Assembly: GCA_043810925.1 (NCBI GenBank)
Contig: JBDRNT010000069.1
Span: 83,273-147,272 of the forward strand
Direction: 5' to 3'
Length of the DNA stretch: 64,000 nt
From: Candidatus Eiseniibacteriota bacterium
Lineage (GTDB): Bacteria; Arandabacterota; Arandabacteria; Arandabacterales; Arandabacteraceae
In this document: piece by piece, positions 9,692 to 20,300 of the stretch
Numbering within the stretch: position 1 is the first letter of the stretch
How the letters are laid out: each line of letters starts with the position of its first letter
Translations under genes and position numbers: made by a program
Notes under the pieces: generated by a model
What the model was told of the DNA's origin: nothing
Seen by the model: only the letters and a program-made list of their open reading frames with translations
Database searches by the model: none

Positions 9692-10705
9692 TTAGAGTCT
9701 GTAGTTTAAAGAGAACTTGTTCTCCCTTCCCAGCTCCTCGGCTTTGGGTACGCTCGCGTAATCGAAGTCCAGCCCGCCGCCGACGGGCACGCTGATCCCG
9801 AAACCGTAAGTGAAGCCTTCGATCTTGCCATCGTGGTCATAGATATAACCCAACCGGGGCGCCACGAAACCCGCTATCATCAGTTCCGCCCCACCGTTTA
9901 AGGTGGCATCTCTTCTGATCGCGCTCGTCTTGAATCCATCGAAAATCTCATTCAGTCCGATCAGGGTCTTGGCAAACTCCGTCGATATCAACAGCGAATA
10001 GCCTTCACCATAGAACGGCTTGAAGGCTATACCGGTCCGCAGGGTCCTGGGCAGCGGCGCCGACTCGTCCTTGCTTACGAAACTCATGTCGGGACCGAGA
10101 TTCTGAAGCGCAGCACCATAGGACAGCCGGTCATTGATTCTCCCGAGGAACCCGAAGTCCGCCGCGAAACTCCAGCCCGCACCCTCGACACCACCCGTCT
10201 CAACCGTCGCAGGGGCAAGGTACACGCGGGATATCTTGAGGCCCACGCCAAACGCATTCCTGCTGTTTAGCTTGAAGGCATAGTATCCGCCGAATGCGAA
10301 TTCATAGCTAGTGTGCTCCTGCACCGGGATGCCTTCCCTGGTCGTCTCCCACCACTTACCGTAAGTAAGGTAGATCGCACTGAATCCGAGCGTTCCGATC
10401 TCAGGGATGGCGTGGGACACATTGATCGATTCGAAATAGACATCGTCCGCGAGCATAGGGATCAGCTGACTGTGCGTCATCGACATACGGGTGCCGTCCA
10501 AGAACCCGAGCCCACCCGGGTTCCAGTACATAGCAGTCGCATCATCGGCAATCGCCACGAATGACTGTCCCAATCCCCAAGCACGTGCCGACGGTGAGAT
10601 TATCAGTGATGGGGCAGCTGCCTCCCCAACCGCCAGCACTTCAGAAGAAGCAAGCAGAGCCAACATCGACACCAGAAACAACACCCTACGCATCATTCTG
10701 TCCAA
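9692..10705 (-). CDS. porV: PorV/PorQ-family T9SS outer-membrane protein
   Basis: SLIISPSARAWGLGQSFVAIADDATAMYWNPGGL signature; NLGPDMSF...PLPRTLRTG; directly downstream of porU. Confidence 0.8.
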   Translation of the reverse strand: MDRMMRRVLFLVSMLALLASSEVLAVGEAAAPSLIISPSARAWGLGQSFVAIADDATAMYWNPGGLGFLDGTRMSMTHSQLIPMLADDVYFESINVSHAIPEIGTLGFSAIYLTYGKWWETTREGIPVQEHTSYEFAFGGYYAFKLNSRNAFGVGLKISRVYLAPATVETGGVEGAGWSFAADFGFLGRINDRLSYGAALQNLGPDMSFVSKDESAPLPRTLRTGIAFKPFYGEGYSLLISTEFAKTLIGLNEIFDGFKTSAIRRDATLNGGAELMIAGFVAPRLGYIYDHDGKIEGFTYGFGISVPVGGGLDFDYASVPKAEELGRENKFSLNYRL

Positions 10706-10711
10706 CCTCCA

Positions 10712-13700
10712 TCATCGTATCAGTACAAGCACTATTGTGTCCCGGGTGCTGAACCCGGGCTCAGACGGAGCAGTAGCCTCTACCACGGCCAGATAGGCTC
10801 CGTTTGCGACGGCATCACCCGCCATATCGGTGCCGTCCCATCTTAGCTGGAAGTGAGAATGCGGACCCGAAACGATACCTGCCCATATCTCCCTTCCCGA
10901 CACCGTGTATATCTTCGCGCTGATTTCAACCTCAATGCTGTTATCGTTCTCGTATTCCCAGATGATATAGCAGTCCTCGTGTGCAGGATTGGGGTACGCA
11001 TAGACCGTATTGGCCGCACCGCTCACCGGAGAGCCGACATAGATGCTGTAGTCATCCGTGGTCAGGTTGTTGAGATTGTCAAATGCGGAGACACTCAACT
11101 TGTGTTCACCCACTGCGAGCGGCGGAACGACGAACGCGGCCTCAGACACTGTGAAATCGCCATCCACAGCGTGAACACTCTCCGCAAGGTTCACCCTCTC
11201 GACATCGTCGTATGCTATCGACACAGAGGGAATGAATTCCGACTTACCCTTGATCGCCACACCACTTTCATCCGAGAGCCGGATGTCCACTCTTGCACCT
11301 ACGGACAGGGTATCAACAGGCGCTACGGTCTCACCGTTATAGATAAGCTCTATCTCGGGACCTTCATCATCATCTGAGAAACCCTCTCCGCTCACCACCA
11401 GGCTGTCAAGCATGCCCGAAGCGGAGACAATCCCGTCCGTGGCAAAACACTTCACCGTAGCCGCACTACCCTGACGGGCACTGGCGGACATGAAGAACCT
11501 CGAATCGAACACGCCGCTCTGAACGTCCGACCTGCCCCTGAACACCTCGAGACCGGGAAGAGCGTAATCGAAAAAGACCAGGGGATTGCAGCTCTGGTAA
11601 CCGGTCGTATCCTCGGCCTCACGGACACAGATGTTCGCCTGGACACCGGACCACCCTACGATGCCGCCCTGGTCATGGATGCTCGCCTGGAATTCATAAA
11701 CGCTTTTTCTTGAGAGCGTTTCAGGCACCGTAGTCTCAAAAACGACATCAAGAAGCGGTGTAGCCAGCTCCAGCATAGGATCGCCGAAGAGCGCATAGAC
11801 TTCATTGTTCATCCAGTATGTCCTCCGGTCCGACGCGGACGCAATTGTCAGCCACTTCGCCAGGGCTACCGCATCTGCGATCGGAACAGTGGGGTCCTTA
11901 TCTCCGGTGGGAAATAACTGCTGGATAACGTTGAGATTCATTATCTGATTCGGCAGCGGAAAGGCCAGGTGTGTAGATGCAAGTGATCCGATGGTCCCGC
12001 CTCCGGGACGCCGGAGCAGGTTCTCTGCAACCGAAGATGACTGGGGCTCGTCGAATTTGCTGACATTACAGCTTGCCGCAATCAGGAAGGTCTCCCGGCG
12101 GCCCGTCTCGACGAGATCGACCGAGGCGGGGTTAAAGACCTCTTCCTGGGTCCACCTGAACTGGTCCCCGTGACCCACGAAATTGGTGATCAGGGCACCC
12201 CGGTTCAGATGTTTGACAAAATCGGCCCTTGCTTTGGGTTTAACCCCGCCGGTATCCATCGGGTATTCGGTCAGATATATCTTTACATGGTCAAACACAC
12301 GCGGGTAGGCCTCGTCACTCAACTCCTCGACGTTCCCGACATGCGGGCTATTCTGCTCACAGCCTTGGTTCACGTGGTCATCGTCGGCTACGAGGATCAC
12401 CCTGTTCTGCCACAGCCCACACTCGGGATTCGATGCGTAATTCAATTGCTTCGCAACCAGGAGCTCCGCCTCCTCCGGGGATGCGGCAGGAAGCCGTGAG
12501 ATCCCGACCGTCGGGTAGTCGGCAATGCTGTCGTTGCGGACCGGCGCAAGGTAGGCAAACCAGTCATCGGTGTTGTACGGGTTTCCAAACGGCGGCAGAT
12601 ACCTGCGTTCATACGATGGAACATAATTCGGATAGGGGGCATTCTGTATGTAACTCTTGTAATCCCAGGTGGCATCGCCGAGAAGCAGTACCCATGACAG
12701 CGAACCGCTCTCATACCTCCACCTTAAGAAATCCCTTATCGCGGTCACGTCGGGAACACCCCAGCCGAATTCATCGAAGATCTGCTCAGTGGTCACCACT
12801 TCACCATCATGGAAATCAGAGATCGTTGTCGCGGCATCAAGCAGGTCTTCATGCGTGACCACACAATAGGGTGCACCGGGTCCATTGCGGATGTCGGCGA
12901 TCGCGGCCTGACTCATTGCGGCAGGCTTTCGGAGCGCACCTGGTGCGACGACCGCATAGCGCCGTGGCATCCCCTTGCTGATGGTATCACGCACCGTGAA
13001 CGCGTATGAAGTAAAGCCCTCGCCGGTCGTGTCCTCGGCGCCCAAGAGCTCCCGTATATCGAACTGGTCGGTCACATCGAAGACATAGACCGAAGGTGAA
13101 GTGAACCCGCCTATAGCATATTCCACAGTGCAGGTGGAATCCGGAGCGGGAAAGAAAATCCGGTTTCCCACAGCAGTGAACTTCCTCCAGTAGTAAAACT
13201 CCAGCCACGCCACATAGAGCTGGTCGCAAACACTCTCTTCTTCATAAGGCGGAAGCAGGTCGGAGGGAGCTTCCATTCTCAGCGATTGGGTTTGCGTGGC
13301 CGTTAGCCGCGTGGTCTCTGCCCTGACGTCTACGACTCTGAGGTTCGACGATGAGGCCCGCCAGGTCGTATCCGCTATCGCCGGTCGACCGTTGAGCTCA
13401 AGGATCAGCCTGTAGAAAGCGTTTGCACACCCGCTGCCTGCCTCAAATGAGAACCAGTCGGCGATACGAGCTTTGACGACCGCCTTCCTGTCGGTATCCG
13501 GGAACGGCGTATCCAGGGTGAAGAAGGTAGGACTGTCGATCCTGAGATGCCGCCAGTACCAGCCGTCATCCGCACGGACACCGAAGTTGACGAATACGTC
13601 CTTTTCCATGTGAACGCGTTCGTAAAACGACTCCGGCACGTAGGCAGAGCAGCCGTCGCATCCGGGCATCATGACAGTCTCCATCCGGCCCGGCTCTTCA

Positions 13701-14740
13701 CTGAAGGTCCCGCCCCAGGTCAGCCAGTAGCAGTTGGAGGTCGAGAAGAAACTCTTGTAGTAAACGTCATTCGCCCTGTCCTTGTCGTAGAGGTCGGCCC
13801 AGTCACGCATACCCAGACCGTAGAAGAGAATGCTGTCGGCGCTACCGAAACTGCCGTCGCCACCATCAACGATTTTAACGGGAACGGATCTCATCCAGAC
13901 CGGATTCCTGTCGGCGAGGCTCTCACTAAGCGGAAGCCCACCTCCGTTGTAGAGCCGGATCGTACCCGGATCGATGCCACCGATCGCGGCGCCGATGCCG
14001 GCAAGGTCCCGGCCCGTTACACAGTAGACGCCGGTCGACTCAACCCGGATCTTTATCCACATCGAGTTCGGCGCATCGGTGAAGTAATCCCCCTCTTGGA
14101 GCCTCCGCACAGGTCTCCGCCGCCACATCCTGCCCTGTTCGTAGTTGAGGATGCCCGTGCGGTATGCGGCTTCGCTTCTGTCGTCGAGGGATGTGACCGC
14201 CGGCGGCGCGGACCTCTGCGGTGCTCGCTCGTCACCGAAGTCGATGGTGACCTTAAGACGAGTGTAGACCCTTACCACACCCGCCTGTCTGTCATAGACA
14301 AGCGGAGCAATGCGAAGCGCTATTACACGCTGGTCCCTGAAGTAACCGTCCGCCATGATCTCGGCCACCCGATCAGGTATATCCGCCATCTCGTCCCCCG
14401 GCCCATCCGCCAAGTGTGAGATAGCATAATGCTCTATAGTATAAGACGTTACATCGCTTACATGATACGTTACATTAGCGTCGACGGGAACTGCTACAAG
14501 GTAAGCCTTTGCCGGTGCGGAGAAGCCCGCGCTCTCGTCACACACGGAAACAAAGCCGGGGACCCTGACACCGGACCACTGTCCCTCATCACCAACGACT
14601 TCTTCGATACGGCTGATTTCAAACAGGAGCTCAAGGTGCGAGTCACCGGTACTCACTATGGCCGGCGAGCTCAAGAGCTGACCCGGCGGGCTCGCCACCA
14701 GGAGCAGCCACCCGACCCAGAATGCGAGTTTAGTTTTCAA
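10712..14740 (-). CDS. porU: PorU-type T9SS sortase (peptidase C25) with propeptide and FlgD-Ig/CTD
   Basis: WIKIRVESTGVY, IRLYNGGG, IFDEFGWGVPDVTAIRDFLR, LLLGDATWDYK; catalytic NFVGHG and AASC; LFGDP; DDEGPEI; LSVSAFDNLNN; C-terminal YPNP...WDGTD. Confidence 0.85.
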   Translation of the reverse strand: MKTKLAFWVGWLLLVASPPGQLLSSPAIVSTGDSHLELLFEISRIEEVVGDEGQWSGVRVPGFVSVCDESAGFSAPAKAYLVAVPVDANVTYHVSDVTSYTIEHYAISHLADGPGDEMADIPDRVAEIMADGYFRDQRVIALRIAPLVYDRQAGVVRVYTRLKVTIDFGDERAPQRSAPPAVTSLDDRSEAAYRTGILNYEQGRMWRRRPVRRLQEGDYFTDAPNSMWIKIRVESTGVYCVTGRDLAGIGAAIGGIDPGTIRLYNGGGLPLSESLADRNPVWMRSVPVKIVDGGDGSFGSADSILFYGLGMRDWADLYDKDRANDVYYKSFFSTSNCYWLTWGGTFSEEPGRMETVMMPGCDGCSAYVPESFYERVHMEKDVFVNFGVRADDGWYWRHLRIDSPTFFTLDTPFPDTDRKAVVKARIADWFSFEAGSGCANAFYRLILELNGRPAIADTTWRASSSNLRVVDVRAETTRLTATQTQSLRMEAPSDLLPPYEEESVCDQLYVAWLEFYYWRKFTAVGNRIFFPAPDSTCTVEYAIGGFTSPSVYVFDVTDQFDIRELLGAEDTTGEGFTSYAFTVRDTISKGMPRRYAVVAPGALRKPAAMSQAAIADIRNGPGAPYCVVTHEDLLDAATTISDFHDGEVVTTEQIFDEFGWGVPDVTAIRDFLRWRYESGSLSWVLLLGDATWDYKSYIQNAPYPNYVPSYERRYLPPFGNPYNTDDWFAYLAPVRNDSIADYPTVGISRLPAASPEEAELLVAKQLNYASNPECGLWQNRVILVADDDHVNQGCEQNSPHVGNVEELSDEAYPRVFDHVKIYLTEYPMDTGGVKPKARADFVKHLNRGALITNFVGHGDQFRWTQEEVFNPASVDLVETGRRETFLIAASCNVSKFDEPQSSSVAENLLRRPGGGTIGSLASTHLAFPLPNQIMNLNVIQQLFPTGDKDPTVPIADAVALAKWLTIASASDRRTYWMNNEVYALFGDPMLELATPLLDVVFETTVPETLSRKSVYEFQASIHDQGGIVGWSGVQANICVREAEDTTGYQSCNPLVFFDYALPGLEVFRGRSDVQSGVFDSRFFMSASARQGSAATVKCFATDGIVSASGMLDSLVVSGEGFSDDDEGPEIELIYNGETVAPVDTLSVGARVDIRLSDESGVAIKGKSEFIPSVSIAYDDVERVNLAESVHAVDGDFTVSEAAFVVPPLAVGEHKLSVSAFDNLNNLTTDDYSIYVGSPVSGAANTVYAYPNPAHEDCYIIWEYENDNSIEVEISAKIYTVSGREIWAGIVSGPHSHFQLRWDGTDMAGDAVANGAYLAVVEATAPSEPGFSTRDTIVLVLIR

Positions 14741-15159
14741 TTCCGGCCTCCGGCTACCAGTACCGCGACAACCACCAGCCCTACGGAGAATGCCGACATA
14801 ACGATCTCCCCCGCACGGCCCCGTCCTCCCACCGCCCTGCCGTGCTTTATCAATCCTGAGTGGGTGGGAAAGACCTTGCTCCGCTCAGGGATGATACCGC
14901 ATTTCCAGATCAGGTTCTCGAAATCCGGGGCGACGGCCCCGAGTGCTCCCAGGAAAACAGGCGAGAAGCCTGAAACCAGCAGGATTCCCCCCAGCAAAGC
15001 CAGTGTCAGTACAGCATCCACGCGAAAATCCTCGAAGTCGATATGAGGAACCGCGTCAAGAGGGATATGCGACACGAAACCCACGGCAAATGCAGGCAGT
15101 CGACTGTCTAAGAAGCTGCCGATCAATGCCCCGGCAGCAACATGCACGACTGAACACAT
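14737..15159 (-). CDS. Small membrane protein, possibly a metal-dependent hydrolase
   Basis: Hydrophobic helices with H, SHIPLDAVPH, APD and H motifs; overlaps the porU start by 4 bp. Confidence 0.6.
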   Translation of the reverse strand: MCSVVHVAAGALIGSFLDSRLPAFAVGFVSHIPLDAVPHIDFEDFRVDAVLTLALLGGILLVSGFSPVFLGALGAVAPDFENLIWKCGIIPERSKVFPTHSGLIKHGRAVGGRGRAGEIVMSAFSVGLVVVAVLVAGGRN

Positions 15160-15161
15160 TG

Positions 15162-15332
15162 CTACTCTACCCTCTCCGCCTCCTGTTCCAGCATAACGGG
15201 TATGTCATCCTTGACGGGATATGCCAGCTTGCAGCTCCCGCATACCAGCCTTGACTTCTCCCGGTCGTAGTCCAGTTCGCCTTTGCATTTGGGACACACG
15301 AGAATCCGGAGCATCTTCTCATCCAGTGCCAT
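15162..15332 (-). CDS. Trm112-family (YcaR-like) protein
   Basis: MALDEKMLRILVCPKCKGEL...LVCGSCKLAYPVKDDIPVML; ATG at 15332. Confidence 0.9.
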   Translation of the reverse strand: MALDEKMLRILVCPKCKGELDYDREKSRLVCGSCKLAYPVKDDIPVMLEQEAERVE

Positions 15333-15349
15333 AGTATTCCCCCCGGGTG

Positions 15350-15379
15350 AAAAAAATCCGGGCAGTGTACCACGCCCGG
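15350..15379 (-). terminator. Intrinsic terminator-like hairpin
   Basis: Minus strand reads CCGGGC-GTG-GTA-CAC-T-GCCCGG followed by ATTTTTTT. Confidence 0.65.
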
Positions 15380-15438
15380 CTGGATACGCCAACTAGCCAA
15401 CTCTCCCCTCCATTATACGGGGAGCCGGAACCACTCCA

Positions 15439-15467
15439 AATCTAACAAAATGCCGCGCGATGGTCAA
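15439..15467 (-). promoter_or_regulatory. Sigma70-type promoter
   Basis: TTGACC-17 nt-TAGATT with extended TG; a further TATAAT lies at 15417-15412. Confidence 0.55.
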
Positions 15468-15475
15468 GCCCATAA

Positions 15476-16429
15476 TCACTCCGTAAAGATACCCATCTTT
15501 GAGTACTTATCCAGCCTCCTGTCCAGCAGTTCGGACACCGGAGTCCTGGTCAGGATCTCGAGATTCTCCGAAATACACCTCTTAAGGGCATCGGCCGCGT
15601 TACGCGGGTCACGGTGAGCGCCGCCCACCGGTTCCGGGACAATCCCATCAACAACTCCCAGCTGAAGCAGATCAGGCGCGGTCAAACGAAGAGCCTCAGC
15701 CGCCTGCTCCGCCTTCCCCCTGTCCCCCCAGAGTATGGCCGCACATCCTTCCGGAGAAATCACCGAGTAGATCGCATATTCCATCATAAGGACTATGTCC
15801 CCCACTCCGATCCCAAGTGCCCCTCCACTGCCACCCTCACCTATTATGATGACGAGAATCGGAACAGGTAACCTCGACATTTCAATAAGGTTTCTGGCTA
15901 TGGCTTCTGCCTGCCCTCTCTCCTCCGCACCGATACCGGGAAAGGCACCGGGCGTGTCAACGAGGGTCAGGATCGGTTTCCCGAACTTCGCAGCCATCTT
16001 CATGAGTCTCAGGGCTTTCCGGTAACCTTCCGGGTGCGGCATACCGAAGTTCCTGGCCAGGTTCTCCTTTGTGTCTCGTCCCTTCTGCTGCCCGATTATG
16101 ACCACCTTGTAACCGCCCACTACCGCAAGCCCGCCGATCACGGCCTTGTCCTCGCCATAGAGTCTGTCACCATGGAGTTCAACGAAATCGGAGGCAATCA
16201 TGCCGATATAGTCGCTGCTGTAGGGGCGCAGCGGATGCCTGGCCAGTTGTACCCGCTCCCACCGGGTGAGCTTCTCATAGGTCTCCCGCCGCTTCTTATC
16301 AGCGATCCGCTCGAGCTTGGCAACCTGCTCGGCTATCTCCGGGTGCCCGGCGCCGGCCAGGGACCTCAGGTCCCTGATCTGTTTTTCCAACTCCAGGAGC
16401 GGCTTTTCGAAATCAAGCCAGGATTCCAT
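15476..16429 (-). CDS. accA: Acetyl-CoA carboxylase carboxyltransferase alpha subunit
   Basis: LDFEKPL, WERVQLARHPLRP, FVELHGDR, RNFGMPHPEGYRKALRLM, GEGGSGGAL, YSVISPEGCAAILW. Confidence 0.97.
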   Translation of the reverse strand: MESWLDFEKPLLELEKQIRDLRSLAGAGHPEIAEQVAKLERIADKKRRETYEKLTRWERVQLARHPLRPYSSDYIGMIASDFVELHGDRLYGEDKAVIGGLAVVGGYKVVIIGQQKGRDTKENLARNFGMPHPEGYRKALRLMKMAAKFGKPILTLVDTPGAFPGIGAEERGQAEAIARNLIEMSRLPVPILVIIIGEGGSGGALGIGVGDIVLMMEYAIYSVISPEGCAAILWGDRGKAEQAAEALRLTAPDLLQLGVVDGIVPEPVGGAHRDPRNAADALKRCISENLEILTRTPVSELLDRRLDKYSKMGIFTE

Positions 16430-16440
16430 TCGTCTCCACC

Positions 16441-17283
16441 CTACAGGAAACCGTAGTACACTATACTCAGTCCCCTGTTCCACTTCCGCAAATCCTCAAC
16501 ACCGTCCTGCGAGAGCCCATCCTTCGCGGAAACGTCCCTGACCTCAAGCGATAGTGCGAAGTTCTCGTTAAGGTGCCAGACAACGGAAGCGTTAAGATAA
16601 CCGCGATCCTCAACGATCTCCCATTTGCCCTCGTTGTCGTTGGTTGCAACGTCGTATTCGGCCCGCAGGTCGAGGAAGCCTCCGAACGACTTGATCAGGC
16701 CTGCAAAGACCGTAAGGTCATTGTCTGCTGTGTTTTCAAGCGAATAGCTCAAGCCTCCGTGAAGTGAGAGCGCTCCTAAGAGCTCCCAGTTCTTGCTGGC
16801 AACGGCAAATACCCCCCTCGATTTCACGAGATACCTTTCCTCACCGTACTTCTCCTTGTCATCCAGAAATTCCCCGTACCCCTGAGAGTCAAACCCGATC
16901 GCGATCGCTGGAGTCAGCACGGATTCCTCGATGAGCCTGGCCTTAAGATTCACCGCGGGTTCGGGATTCATGACGGGATCGTCGCTCCCGATGACATTAT
17001 AGCCGCCGTAGGATATACCGAAACTGAAATACCGCGCAAAGCCGACGCTCAGGCTCAGGAGCAGGCCGCCGTCCGCATAGATGTCCGTCTCAATACGAAA
17101 CCCGCGTCTCGGCAGAAGCCCTGCCGTGGGGAAGTCAACGATTCTGACAGGCTGTGCCTGGAGCCCTACGGGGGCCGGCTCTCCGGTCTCAGGGGGCGCA
17201 GGAAGTACGTCCGACGCGGCAAGTACAAGCAAGACGGCGAGAATTATCACCTTGCGGTCCAATTCGATCCTCCTTGGCTTCAT
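16441..17283 (-). CDS. YjbH-like outer-membrane beta-barrel protein
   Basis: Signal peptide; IVDFPTAGLL, PAIAIGFDSQGYG, FAVASKN motifs. Confidence 0.65.
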   Translation of the reverse strand: MKPRRIELDRKVIILAVLLVLAASDVLPAPPETGEPAPVGLQAQPVRIVDFPTAGLLPRRGFRIETDIYADGGLLLSLSVGFARYFSFGISYGGYNVIGSDDPVMNPEPAVNLKARLIEESVLTPAIAIGFDSQGYGEFLDDKEKYGEERYLVKSRGVFAVASKNWELLGALSLHGGLSYSLENTADNDLTVFAGLIKSFGGFLDLRAEYDVATNDNEGKWEIVEDRGYLNASVVWHLNENFALSLEVRDVSAKDGLSQDGVEDLRKWNRGLSIVYYGFL

Positions 17284-17294
17284 GAACAAGCCAC

Positions 17295-17323
17295 AGGCTA
17301 TCAGAATCCACTATTCCCGTCAA
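17295..17323 (-). promoter_or_regulatory. Sigma70-type promoter for the yjbH-like gene and accA
   Basis: TTGACG-17 nt-TAGCCT with extended TG. Confidence 0.5.
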
Positions 17324-17327
17324 CAAC

Positions 17328-20300
17328 CTATCGGAACCTCCTGCGGCGGCGTGGTTTGGGGATCAGCCTGACGTTGGTCACACCCTCTATACCGTCAAGT
17401 GCCGCGATCAAGTCCCGGGTCGGCTTGACCCGTGCCTTCGGCATTTGCAGCACGACATCTCCTACCTGCTCGCTCAGGACAACGAGGGAGACCGGTGCGG
17501 AACCGGGATTGGACGAAAGCATACCTTTCAGGATCTCAAGGGCGCTCTCCGTGATTTTCTTGCCGTCGACATCGATCTCCAGTTTGCCAGTAAGGGCCTC
17601 GATCGACGATTCCAGCTCGACGAAGTCGTCGACCCGTATCTTGGGCTGGTCTTCGTTCCGGTATGAGACGGTACCGTACACGATCACCATCACCCCCTCG
17701 ACAAGCTTCTCACCGGCCGCCTTGAGTGTATTACTGAAGAACACCGATTCCATCTGACCGGTCAGGTCCTCAAGCAAGACAAACCCTATTTTATTACCGT
17801 CTCTTGACACATGAATCTTCTTGCCGCTGATGATTCCGGCGACGACCACGCCTTTGCCGTCCTTCATCCGCTTGGCCTCGGCGATCGCGGTGGTTGTGAA
17901 GGCATCGATTTCACGTCTGTATCTGGAGAGCGGGTGCCCGGATGAGTAGAAACCCAGGACATCTCGCTCATGGGCGAGTTTCTCCATCAGCGACCACTCA
18001 TGCGCATAAGGCAATTGCCTCGATATGCCGCTTTGCTCTCCCTGCGTCTCGAGTATTCGCAAGAGCGAGGTCTGCCCGGTGTTCCGATCCCGCTGGAGCT
18101 TCTGACCCACGGCCATCGCAGCTTCCACACCTGCGAGAAGCTGGGCCCTGTGGCCATCCATCGAATCAAGGGCACCTGCGTATATCAGGCTTTCAAGTAC
18201 GCGTTTGTTGACGCTCTTTAGATCAGTCCTGTCGCACATCTGGAATATGGTCGTGAAGGGCCCGCCTTCCAGGCGGACCGCAACGATGATGTCAATCGCC
18301 GACCGGCCGACGTTCTTGACTGCAGCAAGCCCGAAACGTATGCCCTCAGGAGTCACCGTGAAGTCGGCCTCGCTCTGGTTTATGTCCGGTGGCAGCACGC
18401 GTATACCCAGGCGCCTGCACTCGTCGAGCAGGATCACTATCCTGTCGGTGTTACCCGTCTCGCTCGATAGGCATGCCGCCATGAATTCCGTAGGGTACTT
18501 GACCTTCAGATACGCGGTCTGGTATGACAGCAGCGCGTATGCGGCACTGTGGGATTTGTTGAAGCCGTATCCCGCGAAGTAAGCTATCTTGCTGAAGATC
18601 CGCTCGGCAACGTCCTCGGAGAGCCCGCTGGCCATAGCGCCCTTTACGAAATTGCGGCGCTGCTGGTCCATCACCTCGGTTTCCTTCTTACCCATCGCTC
18701 TACGCAGGATGTCGGCCTGGCCCTTGGTAAAGCCGGCGAGTTTGCTTGCGATCTCGATAACCTGCTCCTGGTAGAGGATCACCCCGTAGGTGTCCTTCAA
18801 GATGGGCTCCAGGAGCGGATCCTCGTAGTCTGTCTCCCTTTGTCCCCGCTTCCTCTTTATGAAGAGCTCCACCATCTCGCTCCCGAGAGGACCGGGTCTG
18901 TGGAGCGCGTTTATCGCGACGATGTCCTCAAATCGCTCAGGCCGGATGCGTCTCAGGAGATCCCTCAGTCCGCTGCTTTCAAGCTGGAACACGCCCACGG
19001 TCTGTCCCTCACTCAGCATCCCGTAAACGTCCCTGTCATCCAGGGCGACCTCGTCCATCTTGATATCGACGTCATGCTTCTTCCTGATCATCTCGAGCGC
19101 GTCGTGCATGATGCTCAACGTTGTGAGCCCCAGGAAGTCCATCTTGAGAAGGCCGACGCTCTCGATTGAGTTCATGTCGTACTGGGTCACGATCTCGCCC
19201 TTGGCACCCCGGTAAAGCGGCACATAATCGATCAGGTTACCCGGAGTGATGAGGACCCCCGCGGCATGCGTGGAAGCATGCCTCGCGAGACCCTCCAGCC
19301 GCTGGGCCATCTCTATCAGTTCACTGAACCTCTCGCTGGTTGCCGCCTGCTTGAACTCGGAGACGCGGTCGAGCGCGGAATCGATCGTAACTCCCGGTTC
19401 GGCAGGAACCAGCTTGGCGATTCTGTCAACGTCCGGTATGGGGATCTTAAGCACCCTGCCCACATCCCTTATCGCCGCCCGCGCAGCCATTGTGCCGAAC
19501 GTGATTATCTGTGCGACACTTTCCTTCCCGTACTTGCGCATTACGTAGTCGATCACCTCAGGCCGGCGCTTGTCACAGAAGTCTATGTCTATGTCCGGCA
19601 TGCTGATCCGCTCGGGATTCAAGAAACGCTCAAAGAGAAGACCGAATTTCAGGGGATCGATGTCGGTTATGCCGAGGGAGTATGAGACCAGGCTGCCGGC
19701 GGCCGATCCCCTGCCGGGACCGACCGGTATACCCATTCCCCGCGCGGCATCAACAAGATCTTTTATTATCAGGAAGTAGCTTGAGTAGTTCATCTGTTCG
19801 ATTATGCGAAGCTCATACTCAAGACGCTCCGTCGCCTCCCTGTGCTCACCCTGGTATCTGCCTTCGAGACCCTGCCGCGCCAGATGGCGGAGATAGGCGT
19901 CGGCATCCGTGTATCCCTCGGGAATAGGGAAGTTGGGGAGTCTGATCCTGCCGAGTTCAAGGTCGAGGTTGCACTTCTCTGCGACCTCGACCGTGTTGGT
20001 CACCGCCTCCGGCATCTCGGTGAAAAGATCTTTCATCTCGTCCGGACTCTTGAAATAGAACTCATCATTGGCAAACTTGAGTCGCGTCGGATCGTCAAGG
20101 TCCCGCCCCGTCTGAAGACAGAGCAAAATGTCCTGGGCCCGGGCATCATCCTTCAAGACATAGTGACAATCATTGGTTGCAACCACCGGGATATCGAGCT
20201 CATCCTTGAGTTTCAACACGCCCTTTATGATCGTGTCTTCCTCCGGCAGTCCGTGCTTCTGAACCTCGATGTAGACATTGCCCTTGCCGAAAATGTCGAC

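Noticed and set aside
15380..15430. Purine riboswitch (CGTATAAT...GG...AGTT)
   Set aside because: Spacing is too short and the UUUCUACC and CCGUAAA elements are absent.
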